Part shown: positions 37,015 through 48,275 of the stretch, piece after piece
Layout of the letters: each line of letters opens with the position of its first letter
Numbering within the stretch: position 1 is the stretch's first letter
DNA from: Octopus sinensis
Taxonomy: Eukaryota
Direction of reading: 5' to 3'
DNA: 64,000 nucleotides
NCBI RefSeq assembly: GCF_006345805.1
Contig: NC_042997.1
Location: 9,362,001 to 9,426,000, forward strand
Position numbers and translations under genes: made by a program
The notes under the pieces: model-generated
Told to the model about the DNA's origin: nothing
Seen by the model: the letters and a program-made list of their open reading frames with translations, nothing else
Databases searched by the model: none

Positions 37015-37214
37015 TATGTTTTCATTAATTGACATCTCCTTACATGTCTTACATACATGTTTTACCACCACCATTGCTCAAAAGATTTTTTTTTTCAAAT
37101 ATTTATCTCATTTACTCTTATTTTTCATATCTTTTCCCTCCATGGGCCTTACTATTTCTTCTCCTTTCTAATTATCATTAAAATTTAATATTCAGAAAAA
37201 TAAAGACAACTCCT

Positions 37215-37610
37215 TACTCTTACTCTTTTACTTGTTTCAGTCATTTGACTGCGGCCATGCTGGAGCACCAACTTTAATCGAGCAACTCGACCCCAGGATT
37301 TATTCTTTTGTAAGCCCAGTACTTATTCTATCGGTCTCTTTTGCCAAACCGCTAAGTAACGGGAACATCAACACACCAGCATCGGTTGTCAAGCAATGGT
37401 AGGGAGACAAACACAGACACACAAACACACACATATATACATATATACGACGGGCTTCTTTCAGTTTCCGTCTACCAAATCCACTCACAAGGATTTGGTC
37501 AGCCCGAGGCTATAGCAGAAGACACTTGCCCAAGGTGCCACGCAGTGGGACTGAACCCGGAACCATGTGGTTGGTAAACAAGCTACTTACCACACAGCCA
37601 CTCCTGCGCC
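37215..37610 (-). mobile_element. SINE family B, full length
   Basis: Complete head-to-tail match to the family. Confidence 0.92.
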
Positions 37611-37832
37611 TATTGAAACCAGTTTTCCCAATCTTTTAATCTTATTTTTTGTAATTGCTTATATCATTTAGTATTATGTTTTGATAGTTTCAAGTTCAAA
37701 TCTCACTCTTTGAAGTAAAATATCTCTCAACAGCATCAGACAAGAAACAAATCAACTTCACATTAACTCTAAATTAAATTTTCATTTCAAAATTTTCTAA
37801 GTACATTTAAAAACTTAGCTTTTCTTATATTA

Positions 37833-38226
37833 CTAGCAGTATCGCCCGGTGATGCTCGGGTTTGTTTCAACCCTTTAGAATTAGAATTTTTGAAAAGTAA
37901 AAATTTTGCATTATGCACCTTGTTATTCTCTTTAAGTGAACATTTTTCTGGTTGAAATACACCGAAAAATGGCGACACAGCAGTCAAAAAATCGTAAAAA
38001 ATAGGAATTTTCATAGAAAAAAAAAGCACTTTTTTGTAATAAGTAATTTTTGGTGTTAACATGGTCCGATTTGAATTTTTTCTTCTACGGAAGGAAGAGC
38101 AAGCCTTCTTTTATCATACTCTCAATTTTGGTTAACTTGCGCCGCAGGGTCTCAGAGAAGATAGTGTTAGTTGAAAGCTGCCAAACCTGCCATACACAGA
38201 TGACTTCAGCCTTATATATATAGAGA
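37833..38226 (-). mobile_element. Non-autonomous Helitron (394 bp)
   Basis: The minus strand reads A|TC..hairpin CCCGAGCATCACCGGG-CGATACTG-CTAG|T, with no TSD. Confidence 0.85.
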
Positions 38227-39134
38227 TTTGTGAGATACCTTCTGGGAACCAGTTCCTTACTGCAAGTTTATGGCTTTATATTTCTGGCATTTTCTTAAAT
38301 TAAACAGGTTAAAATATTGATTAATTAATAAATAAGACCAGAATTACATTTGTTTTACTTTATCAGCATAAAGTGTGCTTTGTTTAATAATTCTAGTAAG
38401 TCTCCTAACAATTTTCTTCATATTGCTTGCTGTCTTGCTGAAATTAGTTACGCATGATATGTGAGTGACATTTAAGACTATAGACTTGACAGTAACATTA
38501 TTGTCATTCTCGTAGATAAGATATATATTTAGAAGCAACTTTCAATAAAATCGCTGAATATTTTGACAGTGATATCTGAAATAGTATCAACTTTGAGAGT
38601 TATTGGGACAACTCATACAATACATTATATCTATGTATTCAGGACAAATACATTTTTAGTGTGGGAGAGTATATACAAAATACAGCCATGATGTATATAT
38701 GATACTGTTGGATGTCTATAGGCTTTATCAAGGAACTTCTTCAATATGCATTACTGTCAGTACTTACACAACTATAATTCCATAATCTGTTTCATAGATA
38801 TGTGAATTCTTTAAGAGTTAGCATAGATCACTCTCGCTTTTCAATGAATCATGAAAATTAGGATAATGATGATGACGATGATGACAACAACAATAATGAT
38901 GATGATGACAATGAGAATATTATCACTATCAACATTATTATCATTGGATGTCCCATTTACCATGCTGGCATGCGTTGGACAGTTCGATACACCCCCACTG
39001 ATACATTCATTATCCATTCTTTCATTCATTCATACATACATGTGCTACATATGTACATACATACATATATGCATACATACATACATACATACATACATAC
39101 ATACATACATACATACATACATACATACATACAT

Positions 39135-39710
39135 GATGGCCATTTACTTGTGACTGAAGAAGAACATTGTTGGCCTTTAGGAACATTGTGTGTTCTAGGA
39201 CTAACTTATATTTTGCATTTGCAGCTCCATTGGTGGCTAATGAGCCCTGCTCTTGACAAGCCTACACGACTGCAAACATTGCAAACCAAGCTTTCCCCTT
39301 TCACTACACCAGCATTGTGCTTTCAAGCAGCACACTTAAATTCTTCATGCAGAATATGACCCCTTCCTTAACCAGCTTCCTCCATCTGTGGCAATAACAT
39401 ATTGCTCTCCCAGTCAGTCTCCTGCATATCACAGGTCTTTAATGAGGACGTGACACAGTCCGTAAATTGAAGTCTTGGTTTCTGTTGGGTCTCTTTCCAC
39501 TAACAAGTTCCCCATATAGCATCTGTTTAGGGATCCTGCTATCTTTCATTCTAATAATGTGTCCACTCCAACATAACCTGTGCTTGTGCACCATTACCTC
39601 AATACTCAAGATATCAGCTTCTCTCAGGACCTGTGTGTCTGGAGTTTTTAAGGTCCAGCCAACATTCAGAATGTGTCTGAGACATCTCTGATCGAAGCAT
39701 TCAAGGACCC
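39135..39710 (-). mobile_element. 5'-truncated RTE/BovB-like LINE 3' fragment, copy 1, with (TATG)n tail
   Basis: LECFDQRCLRHILNV..HRLCWSGHIIRMKDSRIPKQMLYGEL, and a C-terminal CNVC..ISHQWSC zinc finger. Confidence 0.85.
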
Positions 39711-39968
39711 ATCCATCCATCCATACATGCTTACATACATGCATACATGCATACATACATGCATACATACATGCATACATGCATACATGCATACATGCAT
39801 ACATGCATACATGCATACATGCATACATGCATACATGCATACATGCATACATACATGCATACATGCATACATACATGCATACATGCATACATACATGCAT
39901 ACATACATGCATACATGCATACATGCATACATACATACATACATACATACATACATACATACATACAT

Positions 39969-40545
39969 GATGGCCATTTACTTGTGACTGAAGAAGAACA
40001 TTGTTGGCCTTTAGGAACATTGTGTGTTCTAGGACTAACTTATATTTTGCATTTGCAGCTCCATTGGTGGCTAATGAGCCCTGCTCTTGACAAGCCTACA
40101 CGACTGCAAACATTGCAAACCAAGCTTTCCCCTTTCACTACACCAGCATTGTGCTTTCAAGCAGCACACTTAAATTCTTCATGCAGAATATGACCCCTTC
40201 CTTAACCAGCTTCCTCCATCTGTGGCAATAACATATTGCTCTCCCAGTCAGTCTCCTGCATATCACAGGTCTTTAATGAGGACGTGACACAGTCCGTAAA
40301 TTGAAGTCTTGGTTTCTGTTGGGTCTCTTTCCACTAACAAGTTCCCCATATAGCATCTGTTTAGGGATCCTGCTATCTTTCATTCTAATAATGTGTCCAC
40401 TCCAACATAACCTGTGCTTGTGCACCATTACCTCAATACTCAAGATATCAGCTTCTCTCAGGACCTGTGTGTCTGGAGTTTTTAAGGTCCAGCCAACATT
40501 CAGAATGTGTCTGAGACATCTCTGATCGAAGCATTCAAGGACCCA
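39969..40545 (-). mobile_element. Tandem duplicate (834-bp period) of the RTE fragment, copy 2
   Basis: The unique part reads identical to 39135-39710, and ORF-track translations 39467-39691 and 40301-40525 are identical. Confidence 0.9.
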
Positions 40546-41124
40546 TCCATCCATCCATCCATACATGCTTACATACATGCATACATACATACATACATAC
40601 ATACATACATACATACATACATACATACATGCATACATACATACATACATACATACATACATAAATAAATACATACATACATAAATACATACATACATAA
40701 ATACATACATACAAACAAAAATATATACATCAATAAAACAAGACCTAAAAATCTGCACATGTATATGCAAATCTGCACATGACTCCAAATACAAGACATA
40801 TACACATATATGCACAAATGCCCCATTGATGTTGGAGAAATTCCAATGAAGGAGTTTGGTATCAAGGTTAGAAACTAAGTCTCTCTATTGACAAGAAATA
40901 TTGAAATAAAACTAAATAATGACTTACATACATGAATACATACATACATACATACATACATACATACATACATACATACATGCATACATACATGCATGCA
41001 TACATACATGCATACATACATACATACATCATACATACATACATACATACATACATGCATACATTTAACTCTTTCTCTATGTAACTTCTCTTCCAGTTCA
41101 TCTTCAATGCAAGCAAATAATGGG

Positions 41125-41430
41125 TTCCAGGCAGAAGTAATGTGCCGTTATTGCATTCCTGAAGGAGGAGTGCAGGCTGTACATCATCCATAGAAGGCTT
41201 TATGTTATTCATAAGCATGCCATCCTTGGCAAGATCAATGTGCACAGATGGATTAAAATGGCTGAAGGAGTGAAAATCAACACTGAAGACTAACCACAAA
41301 ATGGAGACCATCAACTGCAAATGCATACATAAATCACCATCAAGTGGACGAATTGATTGATCTCCTTGAATGACAAGTCCTTGTGTGGATGAGTTATTTC
41401 AGCCATTCACCGGTCTCATAGAGAAGAAGT
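41125..41430 (+). pseudogene. Decayed mariner transposase N-terminal (HTH) fragment
   Basis: AVIAFLKEE..IIHRRL..VHRWIKMAEG resembles the mariner AVIxFL..EIHRRL..VxRW motif. Confidence 0.5.
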
Positions 41431-41504
41431 GTAGAATCCATGGTTTGGTATACTAGTTAATAAAATTTGGTGTAAAGTTTTTCAGGGAACATCACTATTA
41501 TGCT

Positions 41505-42015
41505 GATGATGATGATCATCATCATCGTTTAACGTCCACTTTCCATGCTAGAATGAGTTGGATGATTTGACTGAGGGCTGGCGAACCAGATGGCTGCACC
41601 AGGCTCTAATCTTGATCAGGCAGAGTTTCTACAACTGGATGCCCTTCCTAACGCCAACATCATCATCATCGTTTAACGTCCATTCTCCATGCTAGCATGG
41701 GTTGGACGGTTCGACTGGGGATCTGAGAAGCCAGAAGGCTGCACCAGGCTCCGGTCTTATCTGGCAACGACTCTGAGAATGTAGCGGGTGCTTTTACGTG
41801 CCACCGACATGGGGGCCAGTCAGGTGGTACTGGCAATGACCTCGCTCGAATCTTTTTACACATTCCACCAGCACAGGTGCCAGTAAGGCGATGCTGGTAA
41901 TGATCATGCCCGAATAGTGCCTTTTATGTGCCACCAACTTGGAAGCTAGTTAGCTGTTCTGACAACAATCATGCTTGGACAGTGGTCTTAGCACCCTACT
42001 AGCATGGGGCTCAAG
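41505..42015 (-). mobile_element. Two RTE 3' UTR copies, one apparently nested in the other
   Basis: The first copy breaks at CCTAACGCCAA, a second (CAT)n-tailed copy of ~110 bp follows, and the first copy then resumes at CGACTCTGAGAATGTAG. Confidence 0.7.
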
Positions 42016-42941
42016 TGCCAGTAAGGCAACGCTTAAATAGATAAAGTATGGATTTAGAGGGAAGGTGCAGTTCCTTACAAAATTTTCAATAGCTACAAGT
42101 AAATAGGGAGTGACAGGAACAGTTTAACAAAAATTAAGGTTTGCAGTGGAGGAGAATGTGCCATAATCCGTGCTTACGTCTCATAATGAGTTATCTAGCT
42201 AAGGAAAGTGTAGTTCCTTAAGAAATTATCATTAACTACAAATGAAGTGAGATTAGCTAGTATTGTTAAATGGGAATTTGCATTTGTAACCAAGGAAGGT
42301 GTTGCAAAATTTATGATTACATCTCATTATAAGTTCTTAAAATTTATTAATAATGTTGGCTTTACTGTACTTGATTATCTCTGCAATGCATAACGAACAC
42401 GTATTATTGTAACCACTTAAGGATTCCACATGTTGAACAATTGCTCATTTAGCCTTTTCGTCATCTAAATCCTTCTTTGATTTCCAAATTATTTTAGATT
42501 TTGTAGTAGCAGATTTGGCTTTTGGCCTAAATGTCATATTATGATTATGTATTCTATGTTTGAAGTCATAACAAGGATGTAAATGTGTCTCACCTGATTT
42601 GTAGTAAATACACTTGAATAAGCAATATTGTTCATAATATACTTGTTATTTAATGGACAGGAGGTAAAGCATTTACAAGTTAAAATCCATGAATTTGCTG
42701 CCCAACTGTCTATGATAAAAATGCATTACAGAAGGTTGTTGGGGAGTTTGCGAAATGCAAAGTTTATTATAAAATGACACCTTGGCAGTTGTTTTAAAGG
42801 AGAGAAGGGTTGCTGCCTACACTGATTTGCTTAACCATTTGAAGCCATTGAGGGCATATTTTTTCCTGTCTTGATAATATATATTTATATATATATATAG
42901 AGAGAGAGAGAGAGAACAAAGTGTATGTACACCGCTATATA

Positions 42942-43515
42942 TCTCTTAATATAAAAGGCAGATTTTATCTGCCTCCCTTTGTCACTTATATCTCTTATTA
43001 TAAAAGGCAGATTTTATCTGCCTCCCTTTGTCACTTATAGAAATCTACAATATAGGATTTCTTCAATTACAATTTACCTAGCATTTTTAAGAGTAGAATG
43101 CATCGGGTCATGCCAGGTCCACTTTTTAAAATTTAAACTCCAATTAAGCAAAATTTACAGAAAACTCACATTCTGGTGTGTATGTCAAATGCTTTTCTTA
43201 GTCTGGTTTACAGCACACGCAAACGCACACACACAGTGTGCAACGAATAAAGTGAAACTAATTCACTGTCTGTGTGTTGACAGGTAGACAATAGAATGCG
43301 ATGGCGATGGCGATGGCGATGTAATATTTGTTTCTGTCTATCACGCTGATAGATACATGAGTAAAATGTATGGCAAGCTAAGAGATAAGAGTGAGTGAAA
43401 ATGTTCTTGAAGAGAGTAAATAGCGACAGAGTGATTTGAGGAAGAATAAACTGAAAGTATGAAACAGTGTTTATGTATAAACAGACGACACTTATATACT
43501 TATTAATAAATGTAT
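42942..43515 (+). mobile_element. Probable Helitron 5' portion (different family) with its first 49 bp duplicated in tandem
   Basis: A|TCTCTTA(A/T)TATAAAAGGCAGATTTTATCTGCC.. at 42942 and 42991. No CTAG 3' end was found. Confidence 0.5.
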
Positions 43516-43527
43516 GCATCCGTTTAA

Positions 43528-43851
43528 CCCTTTCGTTACCAAACCGCCCGAATTTACCTACTCATATTTAAATGAGAATATCAGAGTAAATCTCTTTAGT
43601 ACATTCGTGAAAACACGTATTATACTTCGTAAACACTTCAAATACAGTTTTGTACAAAAATCGAAGTGTAATTTTAATTCCGTGAATTATGGGAGATTTT
43701 TTTCCGAAATTTGTTCCTATTGTGTTTTCAAAATTTGTAATTCTGACAAAAAATGGATACGAATTTCATTATATCGAGCAGCGAGTCAGAATTCGAAGGA
43801 TTTTCTACTGAAGACCTTCATAAATCTAACTCTATGACTGAAAAAAAAAGC
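43528..43851 (+). mobile_element. piggyBac left end with transposase N-terminus, truncated
   Basis: TTAA|CCCTTTCGTTACC terminus. ATG at 43753 gives an acidic MDTNFIISSSESEFEGFSTED, and the sequence is cut by a Helitron at 43853. Confidence 0.6.
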
Positions 43852-43852
43852 A

Positions 43853-44245
43853 TCTTTATATAAGAGTGAAGTTGTGTGTCTGTCTCCTACGATTTAGATT
43901 CGTAACTACTCCCACATTTTGCGGTGCAGTTTAACCAAAAGCGGGTATCTTATAGTCGTGATTCATATCGAGCCCTTCTGGGTATTAGCGCGCGTCTACG
44001 ATGAGTCTACGATTTAAAAAAAATTTACCATCATATTTTTCCATTTTAATGCATTTTTTCGCTTTTATATAAGGGAAGTAACTCTCTAAAAATATCTACG
44101 ATGTGTCAACGATTAAAAAAAAATTTACCTTAATTTTTTTTCAATTTTTAATGCATTTTTTTGCTATTTTTTGGCTATAACTCTCTAAAAATGCTTATAT
44201 AGTTATTTCCCTTACAACCCGAGCAACGCCGGGTGATACTGCTAG
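43853..44245 (+). mobile_element. Non-autonomous Helitron (393 bp)
   Basis: A|TC...CCCGAGCAACGCCGGG-TGATACTG-CTAG|T, with an internal ~100-bp tandem duplication. Confidence 0.88.
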
Positions 44246-44247
44246 TA

Positions 44248-44451
44248 TATGTATAAAATACAAAATGGGACAAGAACACAAAACATTTGGACAACTAAGT
44301 GATACAAAAAGGGACAACAAAACATAGATGATACACAAAAATACCACAGATGGGTCATTCGGTCTATCTGGATATTTTGTTGTCCCTTTATATATCACCT
44401 AATTGTCCGGATGTTTTGCGTTCTTGTCCCATTTTGTATTTTAGATACATA
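44248..44451. repeat. Fold-back element with ~80-bp imperfect arms next to (TA)n
   Basis: AAAATACAAAATGGGACAAGAAC..AAGGGACAACAAAA pairs with TTTTGTTGTCCCTT..GTTCTTGTCCCATTTTGTATTTT. Confidence 0.85.
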
Positions 44452-44569
44452 TATATATATATATATATATATAAGAAATAGTTGCAATTCAGTTGAATTA
44501 GGTACTTAAATTGAGGCACCAAAGTAGTTTGGTAAAGTCTGTGCAGCTTGAAGTTAGATGAATAAAAAG

Positions 44570-45128
44570 CAAATAAGTAACAAGGATGTTCAGGTATCAG
44601 TGCATTATGGCCGTTTCAAGTGGCTCCATTTAATCGATCAATGAAAACATTACATCAATTTGAAATAAACCACTCTCCTCAGGTGCAGCCAATTTAATTG
44701 ATTTATCACCAGTAGCAGGAACTTAACTGTCAACTACCAAAGGGCTTATTTCTTAAGAGTTGGAGACAACATGCTGCAGATAATCTTTGAAATGTAATAA
44801 TGATGAATGTAGATTTAACTATCTCTCTTTTCATCATTCTTGACCACCACTATTTCAGTATGCTACTCGAAATCATAGTAGACTGTAGGTATGCATTATT
44901 TACTGAATTCATTCTGCCACAGAAATAGTGAGGAAAAGCAATGTAATTATTTTGGTTGCTAGTGGTGCTAAAAAATGTTTTATTCTTTATGTCGGAAATC
45001 TATATGATTGGCTGCACCTGAGGAGGGCGGTTCATTTCAAATTGATGCAATGTTGTCATTGATCAATTAAATGGAGGTGTTTGAATTGGCCGTAATGTAC
45101 TCATACCTGGACGTCCTTGTTATTTATT

Positions 45129-45130
<2 letters not shown>
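44570..45130. mobile_element. Unclassified MITE-like element with ~125-bp TIRs
   Basis: CAAATAAGTAACAAGGATGTTCAGG..CCTCAGGTGCAGCCAAT is inverted at ATTGGCTGCACCTGAGG..CCTGGACGTCCTTGTTATTTATTTG. Confidence 0.8.
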
Positions 45131-45160
<30 letters not shown>

Positions 45161-45167
<7 letters not shown>

Positions 45168-45380
45168 ATCCAAACATGAAAGAACAAAAAAACACAACAA
45201 CGCGAGGACGTGGAACAACTATAGTATTGTTGGACGCTAAGAAAGAAGGAAAGAAGGAGGGTTTAACGTTTCGAGCGGAGCTCTTCGTTGGAAACATAGG
45301 AGAAGGAAAGATCCAGAGAAGGGAAGACAGAGGAAAAAAAATCGCCAATGGTACACACGTGGCAAAAAACACATGTTGAC
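45161..45380 (-). mobile_element. Short (TA)n-adjacent element with a decayed minimal hammerhead (45261-45295)
   Basis: The minus strand reads GTTT-CCAACGA-A-GAGC-TCC-GCTC-GAAA-CG-TT-AAAC. Stems are intact, but core positions U4 and G5 are substituted. Confidence 0.5.
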
Positions 45381-45576
45381 ATACAAGTATACTTACTCTA
45401 TGTTTATGTATATCTAAATATGTGTGTGTGTATGTGAGAGAGAGATATTGGTATCCAGAAGACCCAAGATGACAAGTAAGGCTATGAAAGTGCTACAAGC
45501 GCACTGTAGCTAGACTCTTGGTTCAATAATAATGTGAGTGAGGAATCTAATGTAGGTCTTGTGTGAGCATGTATAT

Positions 45577-45790
45577 GTTAAATAAAATGAGACAACAAAA
45601 CGAAGGCTGTACGGAATTTATAGGACATTTATATTGAACTCTCCTATTTCCCTCTAGTTAACTCTTTCATATCATCTCTGATGAAAGGATATCCCTAATA
45701 TCCCAGAAACAGCTGTAAGGTTACCTTTCTCTTTATAAATGTCCTATAAATTTCACACAACTTTGGTTTTGTTGTCGCATTTTATTTAAC
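45577..45790 (+). mobile_element. 214-nt fold-back element with a hammerhead at its apex
   Basis: Outer arms GTTAAATAAAATG/CATTTTATTTAAC and a perfect 19-bp inner arm AATTTATAGGACATTTATA/TATAAATGTCCTATAAATT. Confidence 0.8.
45674..45721 (+). ncRNA. Type I minimal hammerhead motif, partly decayed stem II
   Basis: ATCT-CTGATGA-aa-GGATAT-CCCTA-ATATCC-ca-GAAA-CAGCTG-TA-AGGT, with palindromic ACAGCTGT and a GTA triplet. The two stem II pairs next to the core are mismatched. Confidence 0.65.
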
Positions 45791-46490
45791 ACACACATAT
45801 ATATATATTTGAGTATGAGTGTAAGCATATGCATCCAATGGTGTTTCCATAAGTATGCAAATATATATGTATGTGTGCACATCTAGTGGTGCTCCACCTA
45901 GTTCTTTTAATACTTTCAGAACGTTATTATTGCTAATACTACCATCCATCCTCGTTTCCATGACAGCAGTCACCATCATCATCACAATCATCTTCAACAT
46001 ATTATTCATCTCTATCGCAATCATACATACCTCCAGTCTTCTCACCATCTACATCTGCTGCCACCACCTTAGCAATCATGAATCTTCATCATCTCTATCA
46101 CACCCATTTCAACCACCATGAACAACATCACTAACACCTTCAGCCTTATCACATTCACCAATGTCTCTAAATCCATCTTCATCTCTCACTTTACTGTAAC
46201 CACAGTCTACTCCACCAACATCAGCCTTTTTGCTATCTTTCTCATTTTCACCAATGTTGCCACCTTCATCAATCGCAAGATCCTTATCATTGTCATCATT
46301 ATAGTTACCAAGAAAAACCACCTGATGCCCAATCTCCCTGCCCACTTTCCAGCATGCCCCTACTGGTATATCTTTCTGTTTAGATATCTGTATATAAGGA
46401 GCCTTTTCTTATTTGCTAATTTAGTCCCTGATGTATCTCTAGGCAAAACAATGTATTTTGTTAGACTCATTATTTTTTTTAACAAACATA

Positions 46491-46702
46491 TTTATTTCTT
46501 TATTGCCCACAGGGGGCTAAGCATAGAGGGGACAAACAAGAATAGACAAAGGGATTAAGTCGATTACATCAACATCAGTGCGTAATTGGTACTTAATTTA
46601 TTGACCCTGAAAGGATGAAACACAAAGTTGACCTCGTAATGGCAGATGAAATACTGCTCAGCATTTCGCCTGGTATGCTAACAATTCTGCCAGATTGCCA
46701 CA
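46491..46702 (-). mobile_element. SINE family A
   Basis: TTATTGCCCACAGGGGGCTAA..GACCCTGAAAGGATGAAA..TTCTGCCAG. Confidence 0.85.
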
Positions 46703-47779
46703 CTTATATAACAAACATATTGACACTCAGATTTGACACTTTGAATTCTTTATTTTAAATGGCCTAACTCACTGGTTTAGGGGCTTGCTTATCAACTATA
46801 CTGGTTTGACAGTTGCAAGTTCAGTCCCACTTGGGCGAATGTTTTAAGTGCTTTCTATAGTGACCAGCCAAAGCCTTGTGATTAGATTTAATAGATTGAC
46901 ACTGAAAGAAGCTCATCGTGTGTGTGTGTATGTGTGTGCATGCATGTGCATGCATGTGTGTGCTTGTGTGTTTATGCCTCCTTGTCTTGACATGACATGA
47001 TTGTCATAAATAAGCATCACACTCAAACAAGCAATACTATTCATCTCCAATCTTCTGCAGAAACACATCTGGCCATGGGGCAAATATTACTTTGCTTGAA
47101 AACAGATAAGGGTTATTAATAAAAGGAATATCCAGCCTTAGAAAATCCACCTCACCAAATTCCATTAGCCCCCATGTAATGATAGAAACATGGACATTAA
47201 AACAATGATGATGATGATGATGACAACGTCGACAACGACGATGATGATGATGACAAGGAAACTGATGACGTCGACGACAATGATGATGATGATGAAGGGG
47301 TGTTAGCTATACTGTCTTGTGATATGTAGCCATGTTCCTTTACATTTTTAGTTCAAATCACTCTGCACAAACATTTGACCTCAGAGTCAAATTTACATTT
47401 CAAATTTTCAAGTTTGATGAAATACATTACCATTTGACTATTAATGGTGAAATAATTAACAATGCCTTCCTAAATTTGTGACATTGTGTCACATGTTAAA
47501 AATTAAAGATAACTACTGTACTATACAGCTGCATTAGTACAGCCAGCAATATTTATTCTAATACAGATTCAATTGTATTAGTATTAGAATAACTATTGTT
47601 TGGCTGTCAACCTTGTGCCATGTTGTAAATTAGAAGCATGTAAGAATATGTTTGTTTACATTTTAAAAAATTATTGCCAACCATTTACATCTTGGTTAAC
47701 AGAAATAAGCTGTATCTTAAACAAGTCAGTTTGGTCGTCATCTTCATCTGCTAGAAAGGCTTTTATGGAATTTAATTTC

Positions 47780-47998
47780 ACACCAGTACCACCTGACTGG
47801 CCCTCATGCCGGTGGCACATAAAAGCACCCACTACACTCTCAGAGTGGTTGGTGTTAGGAAGGGCATCCAGCTGTAGAAACTCTGCCAGATCATATTCGA
47901 GTCTGGTGCAGCCATCTGGTTTGCCAGACCTCAGTCAAATCGTCCAACCCATGCTAGCATGGAAAGCAGATGTTAAACGACGATGATGATGATGATGA
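47780..47998 (+). mobile_element. 5'-truncated RTE 3' UTR copy
   Basis: GCCGGTGGCACATAAAAGCACC..GGAAGGGCATCCAGCTG..GTTAAAC(GAT)n. Confidence 0.85.
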
Positions 47999-48054
47999 GA
48001 GAGAGTCCCCTGCATCCCTCTCCAGAGGAGCGTTCCTAATCTTGTGGGTTCATG

Positions 48055-48275
48055 GGTGCTGATGCCATGCAAAACCCATCCGTATCGGTGTCATGTAAAT
48101 GCACCCATGCTGTACACTTTGTAAAGTGGTTGGCATTAAGAAAGGCTTCTAGCCATAAAAGCTGTGCCAAAACAGACATGGAACCTGGTCAGTTCTTCAG
48201 CTGGCCAGCTCCTACCAAACCATCCAACCCATGCCAGCTTGGGAAACAGACGTTAAGTGATGATGCTGATGATGT
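48055..48275 (+). mobile_element. 5'-truncated RTE 3' UTR copy, degenerate
   Basis: CCAACCCATGCCAGC..GACGTTAAGTGATGATG. Confidence 0.7.
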
